Shown piece after piece: positions 10,086 to 19,726 of a stretch of DNA of 64,000 bases. Position 1 is the stretch's first letter, and each line of letters starts with the position of its first letter. The stretch is from contig JACDFN010000002.1 of assembly GCA_013815775.1 (NCBI GenBank), positions 717 to 64,716 of the forward strand. Reading direction: 5' to 3'. Under the pieces are notes generated by a model, which saw nothing but the letters and a program-made list of their open reading frames with translations, ran no database searches and had not been told where the DNA came from. Both the position numbers and the translations under genes were made by a program. This DNA is from Candidatus Saccharimonadota bacterium (lineage in GTDB: Bacteria; Patescibacteriota; Saccharimonadia; Saccharimonadales; UBA10212).

Positions 10086-10205
10086 TTACTCAAGTAGGTT
10101 GTTCATGATGCCATCGGCTTGATGGCAGAACAGCTTGAATCCAGGCACCTGAGCTGCACTGATCAGCAGAAGCAGAGCGCCTACTAAAATCTCTTCCCAA
10201 GGCAT
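10086..10205 (-). CDS. Hydrophobic micro-protein A (39 aa), first of three tandem small ORFs
   Basis: ATG 10205 has AGGAGG 4 nt upstream. Translation MPWEEILVGALLLLISAAQVPGFKLFCHQADGIMNNLLE contains one TM-like segment. Located in the GC-rich tsf-frr insert. Confidence 0.4.
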   Translation of the reverse strand: MPWEEILVGALLLLISAAQVPGFKLFCHQADGIMNNLLE

Positions 10206-10374
10206 TTTGCCTCCTGGTTTGATTGTTGGCTGGTATATCGTCAAACGTCTTCTTCTCGGAAGACAAATCAAAGAACAAGTTGACTCAAGTAAGCAGTACT
10301 TTCTTAGTGAACTAGTGTGCCGATTATATATTAAAACGCTTAAACTTACGATTGTCGTTTAATGTTCTATAATA

Positions 10375-10944
10375 ATGGCTATGGAACTAAATCAATCAGT
10401 AGAGCAAACAAAGCAAAAGTTGAGCGCAGCTACCGAACATTTTAAGCATGAGATTGGCAAAATCCGAACCGGAAGGGCGCATCCAGGAATGCTGGACGGC
10501 ATATCGGTGGAGGTGTATGGTCAGCAAATGCCGCTAAAAGCAGTGGCTAGCATTACTGCGCCGGAGGCTCAACTTCTCCAGATTACACCATTTGATGCCG
10601 CCAATCTGCAGGCTATTTCTGACTCTATTAGAAAGAACCCAACACTTGGATTAAACCCGGCGGATGATGGACGGGTCGTGCGCATATCTATTCCATCCCT
10701 AACCACCGAGACTCGGCAGCAGATGGTCAAAGTTCTAAATTCCAAAGAGGAAGAGACATTTATAACTGCTCGGCAGATACGCCATGACATATTTCATCAA
10801 GTAGAACAAGCTGAAAAGTCAAAGAAAATCGGCAAAGATGAACGCCTACGTTTCGAAAAGCAAGTCGATGAGCTTATGACTAAACAAAAGACAGAAGTTG
10901 AGACTTTAAGAGCAAATAAAGAACGGGAAATACTAACGGTCTAA
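10375..10944 (+). CDS. frr: Ribosome recycling factor
   Basis: IGKIRTGRAHPGMLDGISVEVYG and typical RRF sequence throughout. A second in-frame ATG at 10381 may be the true, leaderless start. Confidence 0.96.
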   Translation: MAMELNQSVEQTKQKLSAATEHFKHEIGKIRTGRAHPGMLDGISVEVYGQQMPLKAVASITAPEAQLLQITPFDAANLQAISDSIRKNPTLGLNPADDGRVVRISIPSLTTETRQQMVKVLNSKEEETFITARQIRHDIFHQVEQAEKSKKIGKDERLRFEKQVDELMTKQKTEVETLRANKEREILTV

Positions 10945-10975
10945 CTCCACCCAGGCTGGTATACTAAATTACGAC

Positions 10976-12145
10976 ATGCAGTTACTATTATTTGTCTTGG
11001 GATTTTTACTGTTTATTGGACTTGTGCTCATACACGAATGGGGACACTACATTGCTGCCCGTAGAAACGGTGTGGTAGTGGAAGAGTTTGGTCTTGGCTT
11101 TCCACCAAGAGCCTGGGGAAAAAAGTTAAAGGACGGAATGGTGCTGAGCCTAAATTGGCTACCGTTGGGCGGGTTCGTCAAACTTAAAGGAGAGTCAGAC
11201 TCAGATAAACGCAAGGGTAGTTTTGGTGCTGCTAGTTTGCCAGCAAAAACCCAGATTATGCTGGCCGGGGTAACCATGAATCTTATTGCCGGGCTATTAA
11301 TCCTAACTATCTTAGCTTTGGTTGGATTACCTAAACTTATCGATAATCAGTTTACGGTAGCTAGTGACACTAAAATCTCTCAACAATCAGTAGCAGCGGG
11401 GTTTGTTGAGCCGGGCTCTCCGGCAGATAAGGCCGGTTTAACTAGCCGCGATTCGATAAAACAAATAACCAGTCCTAAAGGTACATTAATAATTACATCC
11501 ACCGAGCAGCTTAAAGCGGCCACGAAAAGTCTTGAGGGCCAAAAAGTACAAATTACCTACGAGCATAGAGGGCAGGAGTTCAAAAAAGATGCTACGTTAT
11601 TGTCCAGGAATGAGGTACAAAAAAGCTTATCCACAGATAACCCCAAAGGACATTTAGGCGTTGTTCCATTAGAGCTTCAAGTTAGGCGATCCACTTGGAG
11701 CGCACCGGTGGTTGCCCTTGGCTTCACTAAGCAACTTGTAGTCCTTACCATGCAAGGCTTAGGCAAAGCTCTTGGCGGTCTTGGTTCAACAATAGCCGGA
11801 TTATTAACAGGGAATCAAACCGCTAGGGAGCAAGGCCAAGCTAAAGCTAGCTCGCAGGTGGGTGGACCGGTAGCAATTATGGCAGTTCTTTGGGGTGGTG
11901 GCTCGCTTGGCATTAATTTCATATTAATGATTATTGCAGTGCTATCACTCACCTTAGCTCTAATTAACATATTACCGATCCCAGCCCTAGATGGTGGTAG
12001 ACTAGTTGTGACTCTGGTTTCTCGTAAACTACTGAAGAACCCTATTAGCCGTGCTGCGGAGGAACGTATCCACGGTACCGGCATGGCTGTGCTTCTAGCC
12101 CTTGTTCTGCTAATTACTATCGTAGATGTCAAACGATTCTTCTGA
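10976..12145 (+). CDS. rseP: RseP-type site-2 zinc metalloprotease (M50) with PDZ domain
   Basis: HEWGHY (HExxH), a PDZ segment (GSPADKAGLTSRD), and NILPIPALDGG (NxxPxxxLDG). Confidence 0.93.
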   Translation: MQLLLFVLGFLLFIGLVLIHEWGHYIAARRNGVVVEEFGLGFPPRAWGKKLKDGMVLSLNWLPLGGFVKLKGESDSDKRKGSFGAASLPAKTQIMLAGVTMNLIAGLLILTILALVGLPKLIDNQFTVASDTKISQQSVAAGFVEPGSPADKAGLTSRDSIKQITSPKGTLIITSTEQLKAATKSLEGQKVQITYEHRGQEFKKDATLLSRNEVQKSLSTDNPKGHLGVVPLELQVRRSTWSAPVVALGFTKQLVVLTMQGLGKALGGLGSTIAGLLTGNQTAREQGQAKASSQVGGPVAIMAVLWGGGSLGINFILMIIAVLSLTLALINILPIPALDGGRLVVTLVSRKLLKNPISRAAEERIHGTGMAVLLALVLLITIVDVKRFF

Positions 12146-12953
12146 CACAACTCAGGTTTCCTCTGGCAATGTGCCTAAAAGCCAATTTGTTAAACGCTTT
12201 CAAGTCGGCAAGAATAATATAAACCACAGTTTTGGCAGCCCCCTCAGGGTTGTTACTACTGCTCTGTTGATTTTCTTTGCTAGCCAACTTGCCGCTGCTT
12301 CTTTAGTAGCTTTTGCGCTCAGTCTTGGAGGTTCAGGGTCGCGCTTAAGTGAATTAAACGACCAGGCTTTCATGCAGTTTAGTTATGTTGTTTTGGCCGA
12401 AGGCTTTACAGCATTTTTAATATTGCGAGTTTTAAAGAATCGAGGTCTGAGCTGGAAACACATTGGCCTAAATCGTTCTATACAAATCTCAGATATAGTT
12501 CGTGCTGTGGCCGGGTTTATTGTGTTTTACGGATTGTTAATCGGAGTGGGTTTACTAATGGCACTACTTGTACCGGAATTTAAAACGGACCAACCACAGG
12601 ATGTAGGCTTTAATAATTTGAGTAGCTACCTAGACCAAATAATGGCCTTTGTTACGCTAGTTGCCCTAGTACCCATCGTCGAAGAAATATTAGCTCGAGG
12701 GTACTTGTACTCCGGTTTGCGTTCACGTATGCGATTTGCTCCAGCAATGATTCTCACAAGTATAATTTTTGCTGTACCTCATCTATTTGGTGGCCCCCAG
12801 CTAGTATGGGGGGCAGCCATTAATACTTTTGTCTTATCTATAGTTCTAGTTTATTTACGGGAGAAGACCGGAGCTCTTTACGCCAGTATTGTAGTTCATG
12901 CTTTGAATAATCTGGTCGCCTTTGGCGTGCAATTTCATAGCTCAATGCTTTAG
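12126..12953 (+). CDS. CPBP (CAAX) family intramembrane glutamic endopeptidase
   Basis: Multi-TM protein with motifs EEILARGYLY, FAVPH and HALNN. Confidence 0.82.
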   Translation: MSNDSSDTTQVSSGNVPKSQFVKRFQVGKNNINHSFGSPLRVVTTALLIFFASQLAAASLVAFALSLGGSGSRLSELNDQAFMQFSYVVLAEGFTAFLILRVLKNRGLSWKHIGLNRSIQISDIVRAVAGFIVFYGLLIGVGLLMALLVPEFKTDQPQDVGFNNLSSYLDQIMAFVTLVALVPIVEEILARGYLYSGLRSRMRFAPAMILTSIIFAVPHLFGGPQLVWGAAINTFVLSIVLVYLREKTGALYASIVVHALNNLVAFGVQFHSSML

Positions 12954-12968
12954 AATGATGACAAGATT

Positions 12969-14231
12969 ATGAGACGTACTCAATTATTCGTAAAAACAAG
13001 AAGGGAAACTCCAGGCGATGAACCATCCCTCAATGCGCAACTATTAATTAAAGCGGGGTATGTGCACAAGGAGCTGGCTGGGGTTTATAGCTACCTTCCA
13101 ATGGGAAAAGCTGTTATTGATAACATCTCAAAAGTGATTCGCGAAGAAATGGACTCAATTGGTGGAAACGAAGTGTTAATGTCTACGCTTCAGAACAAAG
13201 AACTTTGGCAAGCTAGTGGCAGGTGGGATGACCGTGTAGTGGACAGCTGGTTTAAGACTAAGCTGACCAACGGTACAGAGCTAGGCATCGGTTTCTCGCA
13301 CGAGGAACCACTAACGAACGCCCTTAAACATTTCATTAACTCCTACAAAGACTTACCGGTTTATCCTTATCAAATACAAACAAAGTTTCGTAATGAACTG
13401 CGCGCTAAAAGCGGACTGATGAGGGGTAGGGAATTTCTTATGAAAGACCTATATAGCTATAGCCGAAGTGCCGCTGAACATGAAGCTTTCTACGAAAAAG
13501 TAAGCGAAGCCTATCTGAAAATTTACAATCGATTGGGTTTGGGCGCTATTACCTATAAAACCTTTGCCAGTGGAGGGGTGTTTAGCGAATTTAGTCACGA
13601 ATTCCAAACCCTTAGCCATGTTGGTGAAGACACAGTTTTTGTAGATGAAGACAAGAAGTTCGCTGTCAATAAGGAAGTATACAATGATGAGACTCTGGTC
13701 AAGCTGGGTCTGGATAAGAGTAAATTAGTCGAGCAAAAGGCAGTAGAGGTTGGAAATATATTCTCACTAGGCTCAAAATACTCAGATGCTTTGGGTCTAT
13801 ATTTTGTGGATGAAGAAGGGGAGAAGCAGTCGATAATAATGGGGTGCTACGGTATTGGAGTTAGCAGAATAATGGGTCTGTTGGCAGAGCACTTTGCAGA
13901 TAAAGATGGGCTTGTTTGGCCGCAAAATATAGCTCCTTTCGAGGTGTACTTAGCAAAGTTGGGACTTGACCCTTCGGTGATAGGCGAGGCCGATACTGTG
14001 TATAACAGATTGACAGAAAGAGGAATTTCGGTAGTATATGATGACCGGGACATTCGGGCAGGCGAAATGTTTGCCGATGCGGATCTCATGGGAATGCCCT
14101 ACAGAATTGTAGTAAGCCAAAAAACCCTCGGCACAGGCAATTTAGAGTTGAAGAAACGTGGCGAGCAGGCCGCACAATCCGTTTCACTAGACAATTTGGT
14201 AGAAATTATACTAAACGCTCGTAAGTATTGA
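12969..14231 (+). CDS. proS: Prolyl-tRNA synthetase (short form without the INS editing domain)
   Basis: Class II motifs FRNELRAKSGLMRGREFLMKD and GCYGIGVSR, plus a C-terminal anticodon-binding domain. Confidence 0.92.
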   Translation: MRRTQLFVKTRRETPGDEPSLNAQLLIKAGYVHKELAGVYSYLPMGKAVIDNISKVIREEMDSIGGNEVLMSTLQNKELWQASGRWDDRVVDSWFKTKLTNGTELGIGFSHEEPLTNALKHFINSYKDLPVYPYQIQTKFRNELRAKSGLMRGREFLMKDLYSYSRSAAEHEAFYEKVSEAYLKIYNRLGLGAITYKTFASGGVFSEFSHEFQTLSHVGEDTVFVDEDKKFAVNKEVYNDETLVKLGLDKSKLVEQKAVEVGNIFSLGSKYSDALGLYFVDEEGEKQSIIMGCYGIGVSRIMGLLAEHFADKDGLVWPQNIAPFEVYLAKLGLDPSVIGEADTVYNRLTERGISVVYDDRDIRAGEMFADADLMGMPYRIVVSQKTLGTGNLELKKRGEQAAQSVSLDNLVEIILNARKY

Positions 14232-14290
14232 CGGAATCGGTCTTCGCTAGTCATATTAAGAAGAAAGAGTAAGGAATTTGCTTTAACATT

Positions 14291-14749
14291 ATGAAAAAAC
14301 TATACAGGTTAACACAATCCGGAGTAAATGAACTGCAAGACGAACTAGACGGTTTGGTGGGACAAAGAGGAGTACTAGCTGATAGGATTAGGCAAGCGAG
14401 GGAATTGGGAGATTTGTCTGAAAACGCTGAATATCAATCAGCTCGTGAAGAGCAAGATCGGTTAGAAGCTCGTATTTCAGAGCTAGAGCATATCCTTCAA
14501 AACATGCAGCTTATTAAAAAACCAAAAATCGACGGACACGTCCGACTTGGTTCTACTGTCAGGCTAACCGGTGGAGGTGAAGCTAAAGAATTTCAGCTAG
14601 TGGGCACCATGGAGGCCGACCCCCTAAATGGCAAAATTAGCGACGAGTCTCCTATAGGTAAAGCTTTGCTTGGTAAACAGGTCGGGGACAAGGCCGAGAT
14701 AAAGCTAAATGGTAGCCATAGCTCATACAAAATAGTTGAAATCGCTTAA
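14291..14749 (+). CDS. greA: Transcription elongation factor GreA
   Basis: GDLSENAEYQSAREEQ coiled-coil tip and a C-terminal FKBP-like domain. Confidence 0.95.
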   Translation: MKKLYRLTQSGVNELQDELDGLVGQRGVLADRIRQARELGDLSENAEYQSAREEQDRLEARISELEHILQNMQLIKKPKIDGHVRLGSTVRLTGGGEAKEFQLVGTMEADPLNGKISDESPIGKALLGKQVGDKAEIKLNGSHSSYKIVEIA

Positions 14750-14814
14750 TATTCTATATACCTCGCTAGCTTTAAGAGACATCTACCTGGTAAGCTGAAG
14801 ATTATAAACTATTC

Positions 14815-16335
14815 ATGAGATGGTTAATTAAAATTGTTGATGAAATCATAGCCCGTTATCCAGCCGGAGAGATATTGATTGAGTCTGGAGGTTCACCCTC
14901 TGGAACTCACCACTTAGGACATTTACGAGAGCTAGTTACTGCTGATGCTATACTGCTCGAACTGGGCCGAAGAGGCAGGAAGGCACGGCACATTTATTTT
15001 GTTGATGATCTTGACGGGCTGAGGAAGATTCCGACAAATGTGCCAGCCAACTTTAAAAAATATCTAGGTCGTTCACTTTATGACATACCTTCGCCCGATT
15101 TTTCGGACATCTCTTATGCTGATTACTTTTTACAAGGACTAGTTAATGCTTGCTCGACTCTGAGGATCGAAGTCGAGTTTATTCGTTCGCACCATAAGTA
15201 TCAAACAGGCTTCTTTGTTTCGGCCATAGAAAAATCTTTAGAGCAAGCTGATAAAGTACGCCATGTTCTAGAAACTGTTTCTGGACACAGCCTAGGGCTG
15301 GAGTGGTCCCCTATTCAAATTAACGAGGAAGGGTATCTTAAAAAACGCAGGTTCTTAGCCATTAATACCGACGCTAAAACCGTAGACTACGAGGATCGTG
15401 ACGGTAAACAGAAATCGATTAATTACGCCAATGGAGACGTTAAGCTCGATTGGCGAATAGACTGGCCGGCCCGTTGGCAGTTATTGGGTGTACACGTTGA
15501 ACCATTTGGAAGGGATCATGGCAGTAGCGGGGGAAGTTATGATACGGGAGCAGCTTTATCAAAGGATGTATTCGAAAACACCCCGCCGTATCCTGTACCT
15601 TACGATTTCGTGAATATGGCAGGGGATACCAAGAAGATGAGTGCCAGCAAGGGCACGGGTCTTGATGCTGAAGGTGTGATCAAAGTATTACCTCCGGAAA
15701 TAGTACGCTTTTTCATGCTTCGATATCCACCCGAAAAGAGGTTATACTTCGACCCATTGCACGTTGCCCAGCTGATAGACGATTTTACTGAACTTCTTAC
15801 TAAAAGCCCAGAAACAGCCCTCATTGCTTTTAGCAAGACAACCTTAGACCCTACTATCAGTAAGATACCTTTCTCGCATATGGTAGAAAGTTATCAGGCA
15901 TCCTTGAAAAATCCTGAGTCCACTCTTTTGACATTATCTCGAACGGGTTACCAAAAAATTGTTAACCAAAATAAACAAATTATTTTAGACGAACTTAAAT
16001 ACATTGAGGCATGGCTGCAGAAATGGGCACCTGAAGAAATTAAATTTGAGCTCATTGACGATGTTGATACTGCCAGTTTCAGCCAAGAAGAAAGAAGTTA
16101 TTTAAACAAATTAAGTCTAAAAATAGAAGAAGCCTCGGAAGATTCGAACGGAGAATGGTTTCATAAGGCAATTTACGAACTGAAAGATTTCAGCGGGCTG
16201 GAGCCTAAGCAGTTATTTACAGCAATATACAAAGCTACAATCGGTAAAGAGTCGGGTCCTCGTGCAGGCTGGTTTCTGTCCATATTGCCACGAGATTGGT
16301 TAATAAAAAGACTAAAATTTGAAGACCAGCTATAA
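14815..16335 (+). CDS. lysK: Class I lysyl-tRNA synthetase
   Basis: HIGH-type motif PSGTHHLGHLRE and KMSKS-type motif KMSASKG. Length and layout match archaeal-type LysRS-I. Confidence 0.88.
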   Translation: MRWLIKIVDEIIARYPAGEILIESGGSPSGTHHLGHLRELVTADAILLELGRRGRKARHIYFVDDLDGLRKIPTNVPANFKKYLGRSLYDIPSPDFSDISYADYFLQGLVNACSTLRIEVEFIRSHHKYQTGFFVSAIEKSLEQADKVRHVLETVSGHSLGLEWSPIQINEEGYLKKRRFLAINTDAKTVDYEDRDGKQKSINYANGDVKLDWRIDWPARWQLLGVHVEPFGRDHGSSGGSYDTGAALSKDVFENTPPYPVPYDFVNMAGDTKKMSASKGTGLDAEGVIKVLPPEIVRFFMLRYPPEKRLYFDPLHVAQLIDDFTELLTKSPETALIAFSKTTLDPTISKIPFSHMVESYQASLKNPESTLLTLSRTGYQKIVNQNKQIILDELKYIEAWLQKWAPEEIKFELIDDVDTASFSQEERSYLNKLSLKIEEASEDSNGEWFHKAIYELKDFSGLEPKQLFTAIYKATIGKESGPRAGWFLSILPRDWLIKRLKFEDQL

Positions 16336-16906
16336 TCTAACGAAAATTCTTAATCTAAGCGCGCCAGAAGCAGCCCCACGTCTACTAGGGTGGGAATTGG
16401 TTCGAAGTACACCAAAAGGAGAAATTCGACTCAAAATTGTCGAGACCGAAGCCTACCATCAAGCAGATCCCGCTAGTCACAGTCACAGGGGAGCGACTAC
16501 TAGAACTGCGCCAATGTTTGAGCAAGGGGGTCGACTCTATGTTTATTTTATTTACGGAGTACATTATTGCCTTAATATTGTTACAGGACCTAAGGGTAGC
16601 GGCGAGGCAGTTTTAATTAGAGCGGGCGAACCAATTGACGGGGTTGAACTTATGAGAAAAAACCGCAGTATTACTGATATTCATAAACTGGCTAACGGCC
16701 CCGCTAAACTAACGCAAGCTTTAGGTATTAACGACACTAAATTATCGGGAGAAGTACTCAGTGAACTAAGTATTTCACTTAAACCACCAGCTACTAAAAT
16801 AACTAGGAGTGATATCTTAGTATCCTCTCGCATTGGTATTAAAAGAGCTGTCGATGAATTACTCAGATTTAGTATCAAGGATAATAAATATATATCTGGT
16901 GTCTAA
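16319..16906 (+). CDS. mpg: 3-methyladenine DNA glycosylase (MPG/AAG family)
   Basis: APRLLGWELV, VETEAYHQADPASHSHRG and GGRLYVYFIYGVHYCLNIV. Apparent TTG start, so the start is uncertain. Confidence 0.88.
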   Translation: MKTSYNLTKILNLSAPEAAPRLLGWELVRSTPKGEIRLKIVETEAYHQADPASHSHRGATTRTAPMFEQGGRLYVYFIYGVHYCLNIVTGPKGSGEAVLIRAGEPIDGVELMRKNRSITDIHKLANGPAKLTQALGINDTKLSGEVLSELSISLKPPATKITRSDILVSSRIGIKRAVDELLRFSIKDNKYISGV

Positions 16907-16977
16907 AAACTGAATAATATTGTTGACATCTAACTTAGATAGGTCTATTAATTATTTATAGATAAAGGAAAATAAAA

Positions 16978-17457
16978 ATGTCTGAAACTCTTCAAGCATC
17001 AAACGATTTAGAACAGCGTCATCAACGACTAGATGAGATAAGACGCGGTAGTGAAGTACTTATCGATGACATTTTTTTAGAGATATTTCGAAAAGACGGT
17101 GCAATAACCGACAAAGATGGCTATATACAGACTACTACGCAGATTGAAAGCCCATTTGGTAACGAAACTATAAGAGGCGTTTATTCTGTCATGGAACTAA
17201 AACACGGCAAGGGCGAGGCAGAGGATCATTACCAATTAACTATCCGCGACCAAATAGATCATCAAGAGGGTGTTACTCAGCTTAACGAAGTTACTTATCA
17301 CTTTAAAGAAGACTGGGTTCCTTTGACCGCCGAGGGCCTTAATTCGGACGGAGAGCCTATGGGTTGGGAAGCTAACCGCGGAGAAGAATTAGATCTACAG
17401 CTTTACTTAACCCAGACTTTGCAGAGTATTCAAGAAAGATCCGCAATTGCCGCATAA
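16978..17457 (+). CDS. Hypothetical acidic soluble protein (159 aa)
   Basis: Clean ORF with an AAAGGA Shine-Dalgarno-like element upstream. No recognised motif. Confidence 0.6.
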   Translation: MSETLQASNDLEQRHQRLDEIRRGSEVLIDDIFLEIFRKDGAITDKDGYIQTTTQIESPFGNETIRGVYSVMELKHGKGEAEDHYQLTIRDQIDHQEGVTQLNEVTYHFKEDWVPLTAEGLNSDGEPMGWEANRGEELDLQLYLTQTLQSIQERSAIAA

Positions 17458-17501
17458 ACCCTGAGTTCGTTTAATGTCCTGACTTGTCTATAATAAATTA
17501 T

Positions 17502-17996
17502 ATGGATGAGGCTATTTTTGCTGCAGGTTGTTTTTGGGGAGTGCAATACTACTTCGACCAGGTACCAGGAGTACTTAGTACTTCTGCTGGCTATATTGGC
17601 GGGCACACAGAAAAGCCAACTTACGATCAGGTGTGTGGTCATATTACCGGTCATGCCGAAGCAGTCAAAATTATATTTGACCCTGAAAGAATAAACTTCG
17701 AGACTCTACTTGGTCATTTCTTCCGTATTCATGATCCTACCCAATTGAACCGCCAGGGGCCGGACATTGGAGATAACTATCGCTCTGCTATTTTCTACAA
17801 TAATAATTCTCAAAAGAAAGCTGCTCAGGTCGCAATTGCAGATCTGGATAAAGCTGCTAAATATAAAAGCCCGATTGTTACTAGCCTAGAGCCTGTTACA
17901 GCTTTTTGGCCAGCCGAAGACTTTCATCAAAAATTTACGCAGCGCACAGGGCGTGGTATGTGTCATGTATCCTATGCGCCACTAAGTGTTAAATAG
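17502..17996 (+). CDS. msrA: Peptide-methionine (S)-S-oxide reductase
   Basis: AGCFWGVQYYF active-site motif. Start taken at ATG 17502, 8 nt after TATAAT. The ORF track starts at TTG 17484. Confidence 0.93.
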   Translation: MDEAIFAAGCFWGVQYYFDQVPGVLSTSAGYIGGHTEKPTYDQVCGHITGHAEAVKIIFDPERINFETLLGHFFRIHDPTQLNRQGPDIGDNYRSAIFYNNNSQKKAAQVAIADLDKAAKYKSPIVTSLEPVTAFWPAEDFHQKFTQRTGRGMCHVSYAPLSVK

Positions 17997-17998
17997 TT

Positions 17999-19144
17999 AT
18001 GAAAAAAGTACAAAGAAAATTCAATCCGACAATATTTATAAAAAATACAAAGCAAACCATTGCATCTAATAAGTTAATGACCGTACTAGGTTTACTAATT
18101 ATAGGTGTGGTCTTAGTGGTGACTGCCGTTGTTTGGTCTGGAAGTGACGCCCAGAAAAGTAAAACTACTTTACCTAGCACTACGCTTACTGATAGCTGCG
18201 AGAAGTCTGCGACCATAACCTACAGTTGCTACAAGAATCAACTAAACAGCATTACTTATAGTGAAGGACCATCGAAAGCAGTTAAGCTCGTTAAAACACA
18301 GTTTGAAAAAATCCCCTTCGTAAAAGCACAGTGCCATCAGTTGGTCCATGTAATTGGCCGTGCAGCTTATGATAAATATGACGACCTGGGAAAAACTTTC
18401 GTTGAGGGAGATCATTTTTGTGCGAGCGGTTATTTTCACGGTGCTTCTGAGGAGATTGTAGTGAAAAAAGGTCCAGCATACTTCTCTAAAAACGCCAATA
18501 AAGTTTGCTCAGTATTTGTCGACCGTAGTAGATATAAGGAAGTAGATCACTATAATTGTGTTCATGGTTTGGGCCACGGGATCCTAGAGGCAGAAGACCA
18601 GGAACTCTTCAAGGCTTTAAGTGTGTGCGACCTCCTTAGTGGGATTTGGCAACAACAATCGTGTTACAGCGGAGTTTTTATGCAGAACATCATGATAGCT
18701 CAGGGCTCTGATGCAGTTGCCCCTAATAAATCTAAATATTTAAAGCCAGAAGATCCGATGTATCCCTGCACAGCAGTCGACAACAAGTATATGAGTGGGT
18801 GCTATATAATTCAGTCCTCGTACGCACTATCTGTTTCATCTTATGATTTTGCTAAGGTATTTAGTTTATGTGCTGATGTTGCTGATAGTTACAATCGAAT
18901 AGTGTGCTACCAAAGTGTTGGCAGGGATGCATCTGGAGGTGGTAACAATTTGGAAGAAACGAAAAAAAGGTGTTTAATTGCTGTCTCCACAGAAGCTCAA
19001 ATCAACTGCATAATCGGAGCGGCGAAGGACATCGTATACAGTTTTCACAGCGATAAAGAAGCTATGGGGTTCTGTCAGAGTCTCCCGGAGCATTTATTGG
19101 ACGTTTGCCAGAACAACGCAAAAAGCTATTATTCAACTTTTTAA
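17999..19144 (+). CDS. Membrane-anchored, Cys-rich repeat protein (381 aa), function unknown
   Basis: N-terminal signal anchor. The ectodomain has 16 Cys in about 7 two-Cys units, for example QCHQLVHVIG, FCASGYFHG, NCVHGLGHG, SCYSGVF and VCYQSVG. Confidence 0.7.
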   Translation: MKKVQRKFNPTIFIKNTKQTIASNKLMTVLGLLIIGVVLVVTAVVWSGSDAQKSKTTLPSTTLTDSCEKSATITYSCYKNQLNSITYSEGPSKAVKLVKTQFEKIPFVKAQCHQLVHVIGRAAYDKYDDLGKTFVEGDHFCASGYFHGASEEIVVKKGPAYFSKNANKVCSVFVDRSRYKEVDHYNCVHGLGHGILEAEDQELFKALSVCDLLSGIWQQQSCYSGVFMQNIMIAQGSDAVAPNKSKYLKPEDPMYPCTAVDNKYMSGCYIIQSSYALSVSSYDFAKVFSLCADVADSYNRIVCYQSVGRDASGGGNNLEETKKRCLIAVSTEAQINCIIGAAKDIVYSFHSDKEAMGFCQSLPEHLLDVCQNNAKSYYSTF

Positions 19145-19248
19145 AAAGGCTGTTTAATTTAGGATATCGATTTGCTTTACTGAGACTTTGGTTGCTATTT
19201 TAGACTGAAAACCATGGGTTAGTTTTGCTGCACTGTTAATATGTATTA

Positions 19249-19626
19249 ATGAAAACGATTGAGAGCAAGTATTTCGAGAGCATTGTTTCAGATGCTATTG
19301 ATGCAATCCCCCCAAATTATCTCAAGCGTTTAGAGAACGTAGCATTTATTATTGAAGATGAGCCAAGCCTAGAGCAGCGTCATAAGCTAAAGCTAAGATT
19401 TAATGAATCGTTATTTGGTTTATATGAGGGTGCGCCCCTGCCGACGCGCTTTGGCCAAACAAAATTATTACCCGATAAAATCACCATCTTCAAGCAACCA
19501 TTAATTATGTTCAGTCATGATATTGAGGACCTGAAGAAAAAAGTCCACAACACCGTTTGGCACGAGGTGGCTCATTATTTCGGATTAGACCACGGTCGCA
19601 TCGACGAAATTGAGCGAAAGTCATAG
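19249..19626 (+). CDS. Small zincin-like metallopeptidase family protein (Zincin_1-like)
   Basis: 125 aa with C-terminal HEVAHYFGLDH (HExxH). Confidence 0.75.
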   Translation: MKTIESKYFESIVSDAIDAIPPNYLKRLENVAFIIEDEPSLEQRHKLKLRFNESLFGLYEGAPLPTRFGQTKLLPDKITIFKQPLIMFSHDIEDLKKKVHNTVWHEVAHYFGLDHGRIDEIERKS

Positions 19627-19726
19627 TTTGCACTAACAACCCAAGCAAGTCAGTAGTTACTTTAATTTCACTATTGTATGTTTGCGCTTCTGCGAATATG
19701 ATGTATTTATAAATTAAGGAGGGATT

